A stretch of DNA of 64,000 bases from NCBI GenBank assembly GCA_963819375.1, contig CAWFVU010000002.1, positions 430,156 to 494,155 of the forward strand, read 5' to 3'. The translations under genes and the position numbers were made by a program. The notes below the pieces were generated by a model. That model searched no databases. It worked only from the letters and a program-made list of their open reading frames with translations, and was not told where the DNA came from. This document shows, one piece after another, positions 30,043 to 39,151 of this stretch (within the stretch, counting starts at the first letter, position 1; each line of letters opens with the position of its first letter). Source of the stretch: an uncultured Pseudomonadota bacterium. GTDB lineage: Bacteria > Myxococcota_A > Polyangia > Fen-1088.

Positions 30043-30753
30043 ATGAGAGCGGGTCGGATTGTCCTCTACGGCCTCCTGGGCAGCTTGGCGACCTTCTGGG
30101 CCGCCTCCTGCCAGGGGCCCCAGGAGTTTTTCCGCGACAACGCGATCAGCACGGGGACGGGCGGCGCGCCAGGCACAGGCGGCCTCACCGGCTCCGGCGG
30201 AGCGGGAACGGGCGGCGTGACCGCGACCGGCGGAGCGCCGGCGACGGGCGGCGTGCCGGGAACCGGCGGCCACGCCACGGGCGGCGTGCCGGGGACGGGC
30301 GGCATCGTGGCGACGGGCGGCGTGCCGGGAACGGGCGGCCACGCCACGGGCGGCGTGCCGGGGACGGGCGGCATCGTGGCGACGGGCGGCGTGCCGGGAA
30401 CGGGCGGCATCGTGGCCACGGGCGGCGTGCCGGGGACGGGCGGCATCGTCGGCACGGGCGGCGTGCCGGGGACCGGCGGCGCGGCCGGAGCGTCCGGCGC
30501 GAAGAACTGCGTCGACGCGATCAAGCTGGCCGGCTACGCGGCCGGGACGGCGGCTCCCTGCAGCGCCTGCAAGGAAAACGGCGCCGACAAGTCGATGAGC
30601 TGTACGAAGGTGATCGACTGCCTCGACACCAACTATCCCTGCGGCTCGGCGATGAATTGCGCGCTCGGGTGCAACAACATGGGCAGCGCCGACAGCGTCG
30701 TGACTGTCTGCGTGAACGCTCTCCTGACCGCCGGCAGCTGCGTTCAACCGTAG
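30043..30753 (+). CDS. lipoprotein with tandem TGGVPGTGG(H/IV)A repeats and a 10-Cys C-terminal domain
   Basis: ATG 30043 (MRAGRIVLYGLLGSLATFWAASC lipobox). Repeats, then KNCVDAIK...CSACKENG...CTKVIDCLDTNYPCGSAMNCALGCNN...VCVNALLTAGSC. Confidence 0.65.
   Translation: MRAGRIVLYGLLGSLATFWAASCQGPQEFFRDNAISTGTGGAPGTGGLTGSGGAGTGGVTATGGAPATGGVPGTGGHATGGVPGTGGIVATGGVPGTGGHATGGVPGTGGIVATGGVPGTGGIVATGGVPGTGGIVGTGGVPGTGGAAGASGAKNCVDAIKLAGYAAGTAAPCSACKENGADKSMSCTKVIDCLDTNYPCGSAMNCALGCNNMGSADSVVTVCVNALLTAGSCVQP
30241..30480 (+). repeat. in-frame tandem DNA repeat (33/36-nt units, 69-nt super-unit)
   Basis: gcgacgggcggcgtgccgggaacSggcggccacgccacgggcggcgtgccggggacgggcggcatcgtg occurs twice almost identically. 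Three further 36-nt units follow. Confidence 0.85.
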
Positions 30754-30849
30754 CGGGTCTGTGGTGAGCCACAGCGCGCGACCGCGCTCACGCGATCGCT
30801 CATCGTGGAACCTTGCGCGCCGACAGCGGTGCTCGTAACTTTCCGCGCC

Positions 30850-31701
30850 ATGACAAAGATCCTTGCTCTGTTTGGTGCCGCCGCGATCGCGCTCTGTCTC
30901 GGCGGTGTGGCGCGCGCCGATCTCGATCTGCCGCGGCCGAGCCCGTTCGCCAAGGTGGTGCAGACGGTCGGGTTGACCGACATCACCGTCGACTACAGCA
31001 GCCCGGGGGTGAAGGGGCGGAAGATCTGGGGCGTCGTCGTCCCCTACGACCAGCTGTGGCGCGCGGGGGCGAACAACCCTACGAAGATCACCTTCAGCCG
31101 CGACGTCAGCGTCGCCGACAGGCCGGTGGCGGCCGGGACGTACGCCTTCTTCGTCATTCCGACCAAGGGGGCCTGGACCGTCATCCTCAACAAGAAGGCC
31201 GACCAGGCGGGGACCGGGCGCGACTACAAGCAGGCGGACGATCTGCTGCGCGTGCAGGTGACGCCGAAGGCGGCGCCGTTCCGCGAGCGGCTCGCCTACC
31301 TCGTCACCGACTTCACCGACGACAAGGCGTCGCTGGATCTCGAGTGGGAGAAGCTGCGCCTGACGATCCCGATTGTCGTTCAGACCTCCGCCCAGGCGCT
31401 GGCGAACATCAACAGCGCCGTCGACGGCACCTGGCGCACCTACGCGAACGCGGCGCGCTACATGCTGGAGAGCAAGAAGGACTACGACACCGGCATGAAG
31501 TACGTCGACCAGTCGCTGGCGCTCAAGGAGGACTGGTACAACGTCTGGATCAAGGCGGAGCTGCAGGCGGCGAAGGGGAACACCAAGGAGGCGCGCGCCA
31601 CCGGCGAGCACGCCTATGAGCTCGGCAAGAAGAGCGACGGGTTCTTCCTCGAGGGAGAGATTAAGAAGACCCTCGGAGAGTGGAACAAGAAGAAGGCCTA
31701 G
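30850..31701 (+). CDS. DUF2911-family secreted protein with C-terminal TPR-like helices
   Basis: ATG 30850 (MTKILALFGAAAIALCLGGVARA). VDYSSPGVKGRKIWG.LVPYDQLWRAGAN.PTKITF and GAWTVILNK are typical of the family. Confidence 0.75.
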   Translation: MTKILALFGAAAIALCLGGVARADLDLPRPSPFAKVVQTVGLTDITVDYSSPGVKGRKIWGVVVPYDQLWRAGANNPTKITFSRDVSVADRPVAAGTYAFFVIPTKGAWTVILNKKADQAGTGRDYKQADDLLRVQVTPKAAPFRERLAYLVTDFTDDKASLDLEWEKLRLTIPIVVQTSAQALANINSAVDGTWRTYANAARYMLESKKDYDTGMKYVDQSLALKEDWYNVWIKAELQAAKGNTKEARATGEHAYELGKKSDGFFLEGEIKKTLGEWNKKKA

Positions 31702-31780
31702 CTCGGCCGCCTCCGGGCGGCACGTCGTCGGGCCACGTTGTCGTTCGCTGCGCTCACCGTTGCCTTGCGGCGACGCCCTC

Positions 31781-32986
31781 CTAGCGACGCGGGTTGTCGC
31801 CGAGCACCCGGCGGTAAACGGCGACGTAGCGATCGACCGCCGGCTCGACCCGGTAGCGCGTCTCGGCCAGGTGTCGGGCGGCGAGCGAGAGGCGCCGGTG
31901 CAGGTCGGCGTCGCCGAGCAGCCGGCGCGCGGCGGCGGCCATCGCCTCCACGTCGCCGAGCGGACAGAGAAAACCGACCTCGCCCTCGGGGATCACCTCC
32001 GGGAGACCGCCGACCGCCGAGGCGATGACCGGGACGCCGCAGGCCATCGCCTCGAGCGCGGCCAGGCCGAAGCTTTCGGTCTCGCTCGGGAGCAGGAAGA
32101 GAGCGGCGTCGCGCAAGACGCTCGGTAGGTCGACGCGCTCGCCGAGGAACTCGACGTCGGCGCCGAGGCCGAGCGCGTCGACCTGGGCGGCGATGCGTCC
32201 CCGCTCTGGGCCGTCGCCCACCAGGCGAAGGTGGGCCGGGCGGGCGGCGCGCAGGCGCGCGAAGATCTCGACGACGTCGTGAACCCGTTTGACGGGACGG
32301 AAGTTCGAGACGTGAACGACCACCGGCCGTTTCGGCAACGGTTGCCCGTCGGGGCCGGCCGGCCGAAAGCGCTCGGCGTCGACGAAGTTGGGGATGATGT
32401 CGATCGACACGGTGTCGGGGACGCCGAGCGACTCATGCGTGGCGCGCGCCAGCCAGGCCGACGGCGTGGTCACGGCGTCGCTGGCAGCGATCGAGAACCG
32501 GGTGAGCGGCAAGAAGCTCGGATCGCTGCCGACCAGCGTGATGTCGGTGCCGTGCAGCGTGGTGACCAGCTTGGGGGCGGCGGCCCGGCCGCCCGCGTCG
32601 GCGGCCAGCACCTCGCGCGCCAGGTGGGCGCTCACCGCGTGGGGAATCGCGTAGTGGGCGTGCACGACGTCGAGCCGTTCGCGGCGCGAGACCTCGACGA
32701 TCTTCGAGGTGAGCGCCAGCGTGTAGGGCGAGTGTTTGAGCTGCGGGTAGGCGGGGGGCGCCACGGGGTGGAACGTGACGTTGGCGCGCGCCGGGTCGAG
32801 GCGGCCTGGAACCTCGTCGCTGAAGACGTGAACGGAGTGCCCGCGGCGCGCGAGCGAGGTCGCGACCTCCGCCGCCACCACGCCGCTGCCGCCGAAGGTC
32901 GAGAAGCAGACGATGCCGATCCGGAGCGGCGCGCGGGTCCTGCCGGGCGTGCCACTGTCGCCTGTCTTGCCGGTCGTGCCCGTCAT
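31781..32986 (-). CDS. bshA: N-acetyl-alpha-D-glucosaminyl L-malate synthase (GT4), bacillithiol biosynthesis
   Basis: RIGIVCFSTFGGSGVVAAEVATSLARRGH, VHAHYAIPHAV, TTLHGTDITLVG, E-x7-E region PSETESFGLAALEAMACG. ATGA overlap with bshC. Confidence 0.8.
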   Translation of the reverse strand: MTGTTGKTGDSGTPGRTRAPLRIGIVCFSTFGGSGVVAAEVATSLARRGHSVHVFSDEVPGRLDPARANVTFHPVAPPAYPQLKHSPYTLALTSKIVEVSRRERLDVVHAHYAIPHAVSAHLAREVLAADAGGRAAAPKLVTTLHGTDITLVGSDPSFLPLTRFSIAASDAVTTPSAWLARATHESLGVPDTVSIDIIPNFVDAERFRPAGPDGQPLPKRPVVVHVSNFRPVKRVHDVVEIFARLRAARPAHLRLVGDGPERGRIAAQVDALGLGADVEFLGERVDLPSVLRDAALFLLPSETESFGLAALEAMACGVPVIASAVGGLPEVIPEGEVGFLCPLGDVEAMAAAARRLLGDADLHRRLSLAARHLAETRYRVEPAVDRYVAVYRRVLGDNPRR

Positions 32987-34650
32987 GGCTCGAGATCCTG
33001 CAGCGCCGTCGTGAACGGGCCGGCCGCGGCGAGGCGCTCGAACACCAGCGTCTTCAGCACCGCGGGGCCGAGCCGACCGGCGAGCGACGGCCAGGCGTAG
33101 GCCCGCTCCTGCGGGACGCCTCCGGGGGCGAGCGCGTTCTGCACGCGCGCGAGCCGGCCGAGGGCCACCCCCTCGCGCTCGGCCAGCTTGCGCGCGTACC
33201 GTCCGGTGAGGCGGGCGAGCGCGCGGGTGACGTGCGCCCGCGTGCGCTCCGCCGCGCGGCCGAGGTTTCGATCCTGGGGATCGAGCGCGGTCGCGGCCGT
33301 GGCGATCTGCTCGAGGACGGGCGCGATCTCGGAGGCCACGCGCGCCGTCAGCTCGGCGGCGCTCGGAGTCCCCTGCGGCGCGGTGTGGGGCAGCCGCGCG
33401 AAGAGCTCGGCTTGCGGGCGCGCGACGTCATCCGCGCCGAGTCCGAGCGCCGCCAGACGGCGCCGCGTGTGCGGATCGAGACAGCGAAAGCGCCCGCGCG
33501 GGACGATGAGCGGCATCGCCAGCTCATAGTGTTCGTAGAGCGGCCCCGCCTGGGCGAAGTAGCTCACCTCCGCGGGGCCTCCGACGTAGGCCGCCGTCGG
33601 CAGCAGCATGTCCTGCACGATCGGCCGCAAGAGGGCGGAGGTCGAGAAACGGAGCGGATCGTGAGCCAGGGCGTCGGCGATTCCTTGGTCGGAGAAGACC
33701 CCGTCGGCTCCGGCCCGCCAGGTGGCGGACCGGGTGGAAGACCCCGAGGCCCCGGGGGGCCGTTCCAGCCGATACCGAGGGCCGTCCGCTGCGCCGACGT
33801 GACCGAACACCAGCGCGGAGGCCGGCCGCACGGGGATCTGCTGCTCGAAGCCCGCCGCCGCGAGCGCGGCGCACCGCTCGTCGAGGCGCTGTCCGATCGT
33901 CGTACAGGCGTCGAGCGCTTCGCGATAGATGGGCGCCGCGAGCTTGGCGACGCGCGCCTCGCGCGGGTCGAGGATGAGGAGACCCGCGTCGGCGAAGAGC
34001 TCGCCGAGGACGCCGGCGAAGGCCTGCGCGAGCGGGCGTCCGACGGTGTAGTGGGCGCGCAGGAGGGCCAGCGTCTCCTTCGCGGCCGGCCCGGCGCCCA
34101 GCAACTCGGCGAGCGTGTCGAGCAGCGCGCTGACCTCCGACGGGAGCCGGCGGTGGGCGATCGAGACGCGCGCCTCCGCCGGCGGCTCTTCGGGGAGCGA
34201 CAGCCTGACCGGCTCGCCACCGCCACCCGCGACCGTCGCCGAGGCGATCTCGGCGAAGTCGTGGTCCTCGGTCTGCAGCCAGAAGAGCGGCACGCAACGG
34301 ACGCCCGACTCCGCCTCCAGCGCCCGCGCCACGGCGATCGCGGACGCGGCCTTGTAGAAGCCGTAGAGCGGGCCCAAAAAAAGACCGACCTGCTGGCCGG
34401 TCGCCACCACGGCGGTGCCTCCAGCGGCGAGCGCCTCCAGGGTGTGGGCCCGCGCACGGCTGGCGGGCAGGGTGGCCTGCTGATCGCGCAGCACGGCGAC
34501 CAGCTCGGGGGAGGCGCGACGCTCGGCTGCGGCGCGGGTCCGTGTGATCCGGTCGGCGGCCGATCGGAAGTCGAGCGCGATGAACCTCCGCGCGATCTCC
34601 TCGCCGGCGAAATAGGAGCTGGAGAATGGCCGAGGCACCGAGAGCATCAA
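32983..34650 (-). CDS. bshC: bacillithiol biosynthesis cysteine-adding enzyme
   Basis: ATGQQVGLFLGPLYGFYKAASAI and PLFWLQTEDHDFAEI are the BshC hallmarks. 555 aa. Confidence 0.8.
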   Translation of the reverse strand: MMLSVPRPFSSSYFAGEEIARRFIALDFRSAADRITRTRAAAERRASPELVAVLRDQQATLPASRARAHTLEALAAGGTAVVATGQQVGLFLGPLYGFYKAASAIAVARALEAESGVRCVPLFWLQTEDHDFAEIASATVAGGGGEPVRLSLPEEPPAEARVSIAHRRLPSEVSALLDTLAELLGAGPAAKETLALLRAHYTVGRPLAQAFAGVLGELFADAGLLILDPREARVAKLAAPIYREALDACTTIGQRLDERCAALAAAGFEQQIPVRPASALVFGHVGAADGPRYRLERPPGASGSSTRSATWRAGADGVFSDQGIADALAHDPLRFSTSALLRPIVQDMLLPTAAYVGGPAEVSYFAQAGPLYEHYELAMPLIVPRGRFRCLDPHTRRRLAALGLGADDVARPQAELFARLPHTAPQGTPSAAELTARVASEIAPVLEQIATAATALDPQDRNLGRAAERTRAHVTRALARLTGRYARKLAEREGVALGRLARVQNALAPGGVPQERAYAWPSLAGRLGPAVLKTLVFERLAAAGPFTTALQDLEP

Positions 34651-34705
34651 CTATACTCGGTCGCGTCGCTGCCGCCCGTCCCGCCCGCTTGTTTGCGATC
34701 CCTCC

Positions 34706-37288
34706 ATGCAACACCGCGCTCCTCGCTCTATTCTTCTGGCTCTCCTCTCGCTGCTCATGTTTCGCCACGCAGTCCTCGCGGCTGGTCCTCCGCCGCAACC
34801 GAACGCCGCGCAGATCGCCCTCGGTCTGCGCAAGCTGGGCGTCGCCGGCAGCGTCCTCTACGTCGCGGCTCACCCCGACGACGAGAACACGGCGCTGCTC
34901 GCCTACCTGGCCAACGGCGCGCTCTTGCGCACAGCTTATCTGTCGATCACGCGCGGAGACGGCGGGCAAAACCTGATCGGCTCCGAGCAGGGGCCGGCGC
35001 TGGGCCTCATCCGGACGCAGGAGCTGCTGGCGGCGCGGCGGATCGACGGCGCGGAGCAGTTCTTCACCCGCGCGCGCGACTTCGGTTTTTCGAAGAGCCC
35101 CGACGAGACGCTGCGGATCTGGGGCAAGGACGCCGTTCTGGCCGACGTCGTGGCGGTCATCCGGAAGTTCCGCCCCGACGTGATCGTCACGCGCTTTTCG
35201 CCCGAGCCGGCGGAGACGCACGGGCACCACACCGCCTCGGCCATCCTGGCGCTGGAGGCCTTTCACGCCGCCGCCGATCCCAAGTTTCACCCCGAGCAAC
35301 TGGTGGGAGGCGTGGGCGTCTGGCAGGCCCGGCGGATCTTCTGGAACCGCTCCTCCTTCTTCATCAAGCCGACCGACGACGTGAGCGGCGACGTGAAGCT
35401 GGACGTCGACGGCTACAACCCGCTCCTCGGCGAGTCGTACGGCGAGATGGCCGCCGACAGCCGCAGCATGCACAAGAGCCAGGGGTTCGGCGTGGCGCGC
35501 ACGCGCACGCCGATCGTCGAGTACTTCAAGCTGCTGGCGTCGTCCGACCCGAAGGAGGCCGCGCGCGAAAAACCGTTGACGGAAATTCTCGACGGCATCG
35601 ACGTCACGCTCAAGCGGTTCGCCGGCGCGACGCGGCTGCACGGTCTCGTCGACAGGGCGCTCGCCAAGTTCGAGCCCGCCGCGCCGTACGCCGCGGTGCC
35701 GGCGCTGGTCGCCGTCGACGGCGCGCTGTCGGAGATCGCCGACGCCGGCTGGCGGGCGGAGAAGCAGCGCGAGGTCAGCCATCTGGTCGTCGCGGCCGCC
35801 GGTCTGTTCCTCGACGCGACGGCGGCCGACTATCGCGCGGCGCCCGGGACGTCCGTCGAGGTCACGGCCACCGCCGTCGACCGCTCGCCGGTGGCGGTGA
35901 CGCTCGACGAGATCCGGTTCCCCTTCGAGGCGAGCGGTCACGCTGTCGCCCACAAGCTCGAGACACCCAAGCAGGACGGCCAGCGGCTCCCCGGCGCTGC
36001 GCCCCCCTTCGAGGTCAAACAGAGCGTGAAGCTGCCAGCCGAGCTCGCGCCCACGACGCCCTACTGGCTCGAAGCACCACCGGAGGCCGGGCTCTACCGG
36101 GCTGATCCCGCGCTCGTCGGGCTGCCGGAACAGGCGTCGCTCGTCGAGGTGACGTTCGTCCTCACGATCGGCGGTCGCAAGCTCACCGTCGCGCGTCCCG
36201 TCAGCTACAAGTGGACCGATCCGGTGATGGGCGAGCGCTATCGCGCGCTGGAGGTGACGCCGGCGGTGTCCGTTCGCCCGGAGGCCGGTGTCTTGATGTT
36301 CCCCCGGGGGGCGGTCCAGACGCTGTCGGTGCGTCTGGTGGCGGGGGTCGCGTCGGCGACAGGCGTGCTGCGTCCCCAGGCGCCCTCCGGCTGGACCGTC
36401 GAGCCGGCCTCGGCGCCGTTCACGCTCGGCGCCGTCGGGAGTGAAGCGGGCCTGAGCTTCCACGTGCGCCAGAATGCCGGCGCGGGAGCGTCGTCCGGCC
36501 CGGCGCTCTTGCACGTCGTCGCCGAGAGCGCTGGCGCCCGCTTCTCGCGCGGCGTGGTGCGGATCGAGCACGCGCACATTCCGATCCAGACGTACCTCGT
36601 CGGCGCCGACGTTCGGCTCGTTCCGGTCGAGCTCGGCGTTGCCGGAAAGCGGATCGGTTACATCCCGGGGCCGGGCGACGAAGTCCCGGCCAGCCTGCGC
36701 CAGGTGGGATACGAGGTGACGATTCTCGACGAGGAGGCGCTGGCCGCCGGCGCGCCGTCGCTGGCCCGCTTCGACGCGATCGTCGCCGGCGTCCGCGCCT
36801 TCAACACCAACGAGCGCCTTCGCGCGGCGCACGCCGCGCTGATGGCCTACGTCGACGGCGGCGGGACCCTGGTGCTGCAGTACAACACCAACAACCGGCT
36901 GGCGCCGCTCACGGTCCCGCTCGGACCCTGGCCGTTCGACATCGGCCAGAAGCGCGTCACCGACGAGACGGCGGCGGTTGCCGTGACGGCGTCCGGTCAT
37001 CCGGCCGTCGCCACGCCGAACGCCATCGGGCCGGCGGACTTCGAGGGGTGGGTCCAGGAGCGTGGGCTTTATTTTGCCGACAAGTGGGACGGTCACTACC
37101 AGACGCCGCTCTCCATGCACGATCCGGGTGAGCCGCCCCAGGCGGGCAGCTTGCTCTGGGCGCGCTACGGGAAGGGGACCTTCGTCTACACGGGCCTGGC
37201 CTTCTTCCGTCAGCTTCCGGCGGGCGTGCCGGGCGCTTACCGCCTGTTCGCGAATCTGCTCGCCGGCGGGCATCCGCGAGCGCCGTGA
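34706..37288 (+). CDS. large secreted PIG-L/LmbE-family deacetylase (860 aa)
   Basis: Signal-like N-terminus MQHRAPRSILLALLSLLMF..AVLAAG. VLYVAAHPDDENTALLAYL, ITRGDGGQN, ETHGHH. Long beta-rich middle and a glutamine-amidotransferase-like C-terminal part (GYIPGPGDEV...FDAIVAGVRAF). Confidence 0.8.
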   Translation: MQHRAPRSILLALLSLLMFRHAVLAAGPPPQPNAAQIALGLRKLGVAGSVLYVAAHPDDENTALLAYLANGALLRTAYLSITRGDGGQNLIGSEQGPALGLIRTQELLAARRIDGAEQFFTRARDFGFSKSPDETLRIWGKDAVLADVVAVIRKFRPDVIVTRFSPEPAETHGHHTASAILALEAFHAAADPKFHPEQLVGGVGVWQARRIFWNRSSFFIKPTDDVSGDVKLDVDGYNPLLGESYGEMAADSRSMHKSQGFGVARTRTPIVEYFKLLASSDPKEAAREKPLTEILDGIDVTLKRFAGATRLHGLVDRALAKFEPAAPYAAVPALVAVDGALSEIADAGWRAEKQREVSHLVVAAAGLFLDATAADYRAAPGTSVEVTATAVDRSPVAVTLDEIRFPFEASGHAVAHKLETPKQDGQRLPGAAPPFEVKQSVKLPAELAPTTPYWLEAPPEAGLYRADPALVGLPEQASLVEVTFVLTIGGRKLTVARPVSYKWTDPVMGERYRALEVTPAVSVRPEAGVLMFPRGAVQTLSVRLVAGVASATGVLRPQAPSGWTVEPASAPFTLGAVGSEAGLSFHVRQNAGAGASSGPALLHVVAESAGARFSRGVVRIEHAHIPIQTYLVGADVRLVPVELGVAGKRIGYIPGPGDEVPASLRQVGYEVTILDEEALAAGAPSLARFDAIVAGVRAFNTNERLRAAHAALMAYVDGGGTLVLQYNTNNRLAPLTVPLGPWPFDIGQKRVTDETAAVAVTASGHPAVATPNAIGPADFEGWVQERGLYFADKWDGHYQTPLSMHDPGEPPQAGSLLWARYGKGTFVYTGLAFFRQLPAGVPGAYRLFANLLAGGHPRAP

Positions 37289-37438
37289 ATGGGCGCTGAC
37301 GGCAAAGACTCCGACGAACGCGCGGAGCTCGACGACGCGCCGCCGTTTCTCACCTGGCGCGCGATCTATCTCCTCGTCCTCGGCGCGCTGGCCGTCGAGG
37401 TGTTGCTCGGCGCGGCGCTGACCCTGGCCGCGTCGTGA
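37289..37438 (+). CDS. 49-aa single-TM protein coupled to the symporter gene
   Basis: Below the ORF-track size cutoff. The ATG directly follows the upstream TGA. MGADGKDSDERAELDDAPPFLTWRAIYLLVLGALAVEVLLGAALTLAAS. Its TGA overlaps GTG 37435 (GTGA). Confidence 0.5.
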   Translation: MGADGKDSDERAELDDAPPFLTWRAIYLLVLGALAVEVLLGAALTLAAS

Positions 37439-39151
37439 GCACGCTCGACTGGATCGTCCTTTTCGGGACGCTGGCCGCCATCGTCGCCTACGGGCTCTGG
37501 AAGACGCGCGGACCGTCGAGCATGACCGACTACGTGCACGGCGGTTACCGCGACCGCTGGCTGACGATCGGGCTCGGCGTCATGGCGACGCAGGCCTCGG
37601 CCATCACCTTCCTCTCGATGCCGGGCCAGGCCTACGAGGACGGCATGCGCTTCCTGCAGTTCTACTTCGGCCTGCCGATCGCGATGGTGATCCTCTCCGT
37701 CGCCTTCATCCCGCGCTTCTACCGGCTCCGCGTGCTGACCGCGTACGAGTATCTCGAGGGGCGCTTCGATCTCGAAGACGCGGCAGCTGGCGGCGTTCCT
37801 GTTTCTCCTCCAGCGGGGCCTCTCCGCCGGGATCACCATCTACGCGCCGGCGATCGTGCTCTCCAAGGTGCTCGGCTGGCCGCTGAACCTGACCTGCGTG
37901 GTGATCGGTGGCGTCGTCATCCTCTACACGGTGGCGGGCGGGACGCGGGCGGTCAGCCAGACGCAGAAGCAACAGATGGTGGTGATGCTGGGCGGGATGG
38001 TGGTGGCGTTCGTCGTCATCGTCCACAAGCTGCCGGCCGATCTGTCGTTCCGGCACGCGGTGTCGCTGGCCGGGACGCTGGGGAAGATGAACGTGGTCGA
38101 CTTCTCGCCGAGGCTCGGGAATCGCTACACGTTCTGGTCGGGCCTGGCGGGCGGCGGCTTCCTGGCGATGGCCTACTTCGGGACCGACCAGTCGCAGGTG
38201 CAGCGCTATCTCTCGGGGAAGTCGGTGACCGAGAGCCGGCTCGGGCTCCTCTTCAACGGGCTCCTCAAGGTCCCGATGCAGTTCCTGATCCTCTTCGTCG
38301 GGGTGATGGTCTTCGTCTTCTATCAATTCAACCAGCCGCCTCTCTTCTTCAACGAGTCGGAGCTGGCCCGCGTCGCCAACACGCCGCACGCGGCGGAGAT
38401 GCAGGCGTTGGAGGTCGAGCACCGGGTCGCGTTCGCCAGGAAGCGCGTCGAGGTGTCACGCCTGGCGGCGGCGCTCGACGCCGGCGACGCGCGCGCGATC
38501 GCGGACGCCCGCGCGCGCGTGCGGGCTGCGGCCGCCGGGACGGAGGCGATTCGGGAGAAGACGCGAACGCTCATCGCCGCGGCGGTCCCGCGACCCGAGA
38601 TCCACGACGGCGACTATGTCTTCCTGTCGTTCGTGATGGCCAACCTTCCGCGCGGCCTCATCGGACTCCTCCTGGCCGTCATCCTGTGCGCCGCCATGTC
38701 GTCGACGGCCAGCGAGCTGACCGCGCTCGGGGGGTGCACCGTGGTCGACTTTTACCGGCGCAGCTTTCGGAAGGAGGCGACCGACGCGCACTACCTGCGG
38801 GTCGCCAAGATCGCGACCGGCGTCTGGGGCCTGCTGGCGGTGGCGTTCGCCGGGTTCGCCTCGCTGGTCGACAACCTGATCCAGGCGGTCAACATCCTCG
38901 GCTCGCTCTTCTACGGGACGATCCTGGGGATCTTCCTGGCCGCCTTCTTCTTTCGCCGCCTGCGCGCGACGCCCGTGTTCGTCGCCGCGATCGTCTCCGA
39001 AGTCCTGGTGGTCGGACTCTGGCTGGCGACGAAGATCGGATTCCTTTGGTTCAACGTGATCGGCTGCGGCGTCGTGTTGATCTTGTCATCGCTCCTGAGC
39101 GGGTCAGACTTCGGCCGCAACTCAACCCAGACGATGGAGCTCTCCCCATGA
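37435..39151 (+). CDS. sodium:solute symporter (SSS family), one frame break
   Basis: N-terminal fragment ...GVMATQASAITFLSMPGQAY...YEYLEGRFDL joins ORF 37856..39151 when the extra G at about 37774 is removed (RFDLKTRQLAAFLFLLQRGLSAGITIYAPAIVLSKVLGWP). 13-14 predicted TM helices. Confidence 0.85.

Noticed and set aside
31706-31721. GCCGCC-TCCG-GGCGGC hairpin between the convergent DUF2911 and bshA genes, as a bidirectional terminator
   Set aside because: The stem is only 6 bp and has no flanking T/A tracts. This is too weak to report as a feature in a genome where such GC palindromes are frequent.
33232-37273. 957-aa (+) and 1249-aa (-) ORFs over the bshC / PIG-L region
   Set aside because: These are Arg-rich shadow frames of bshC (-) and the PIG-L gene (+). 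Neither has any recognisable motif.
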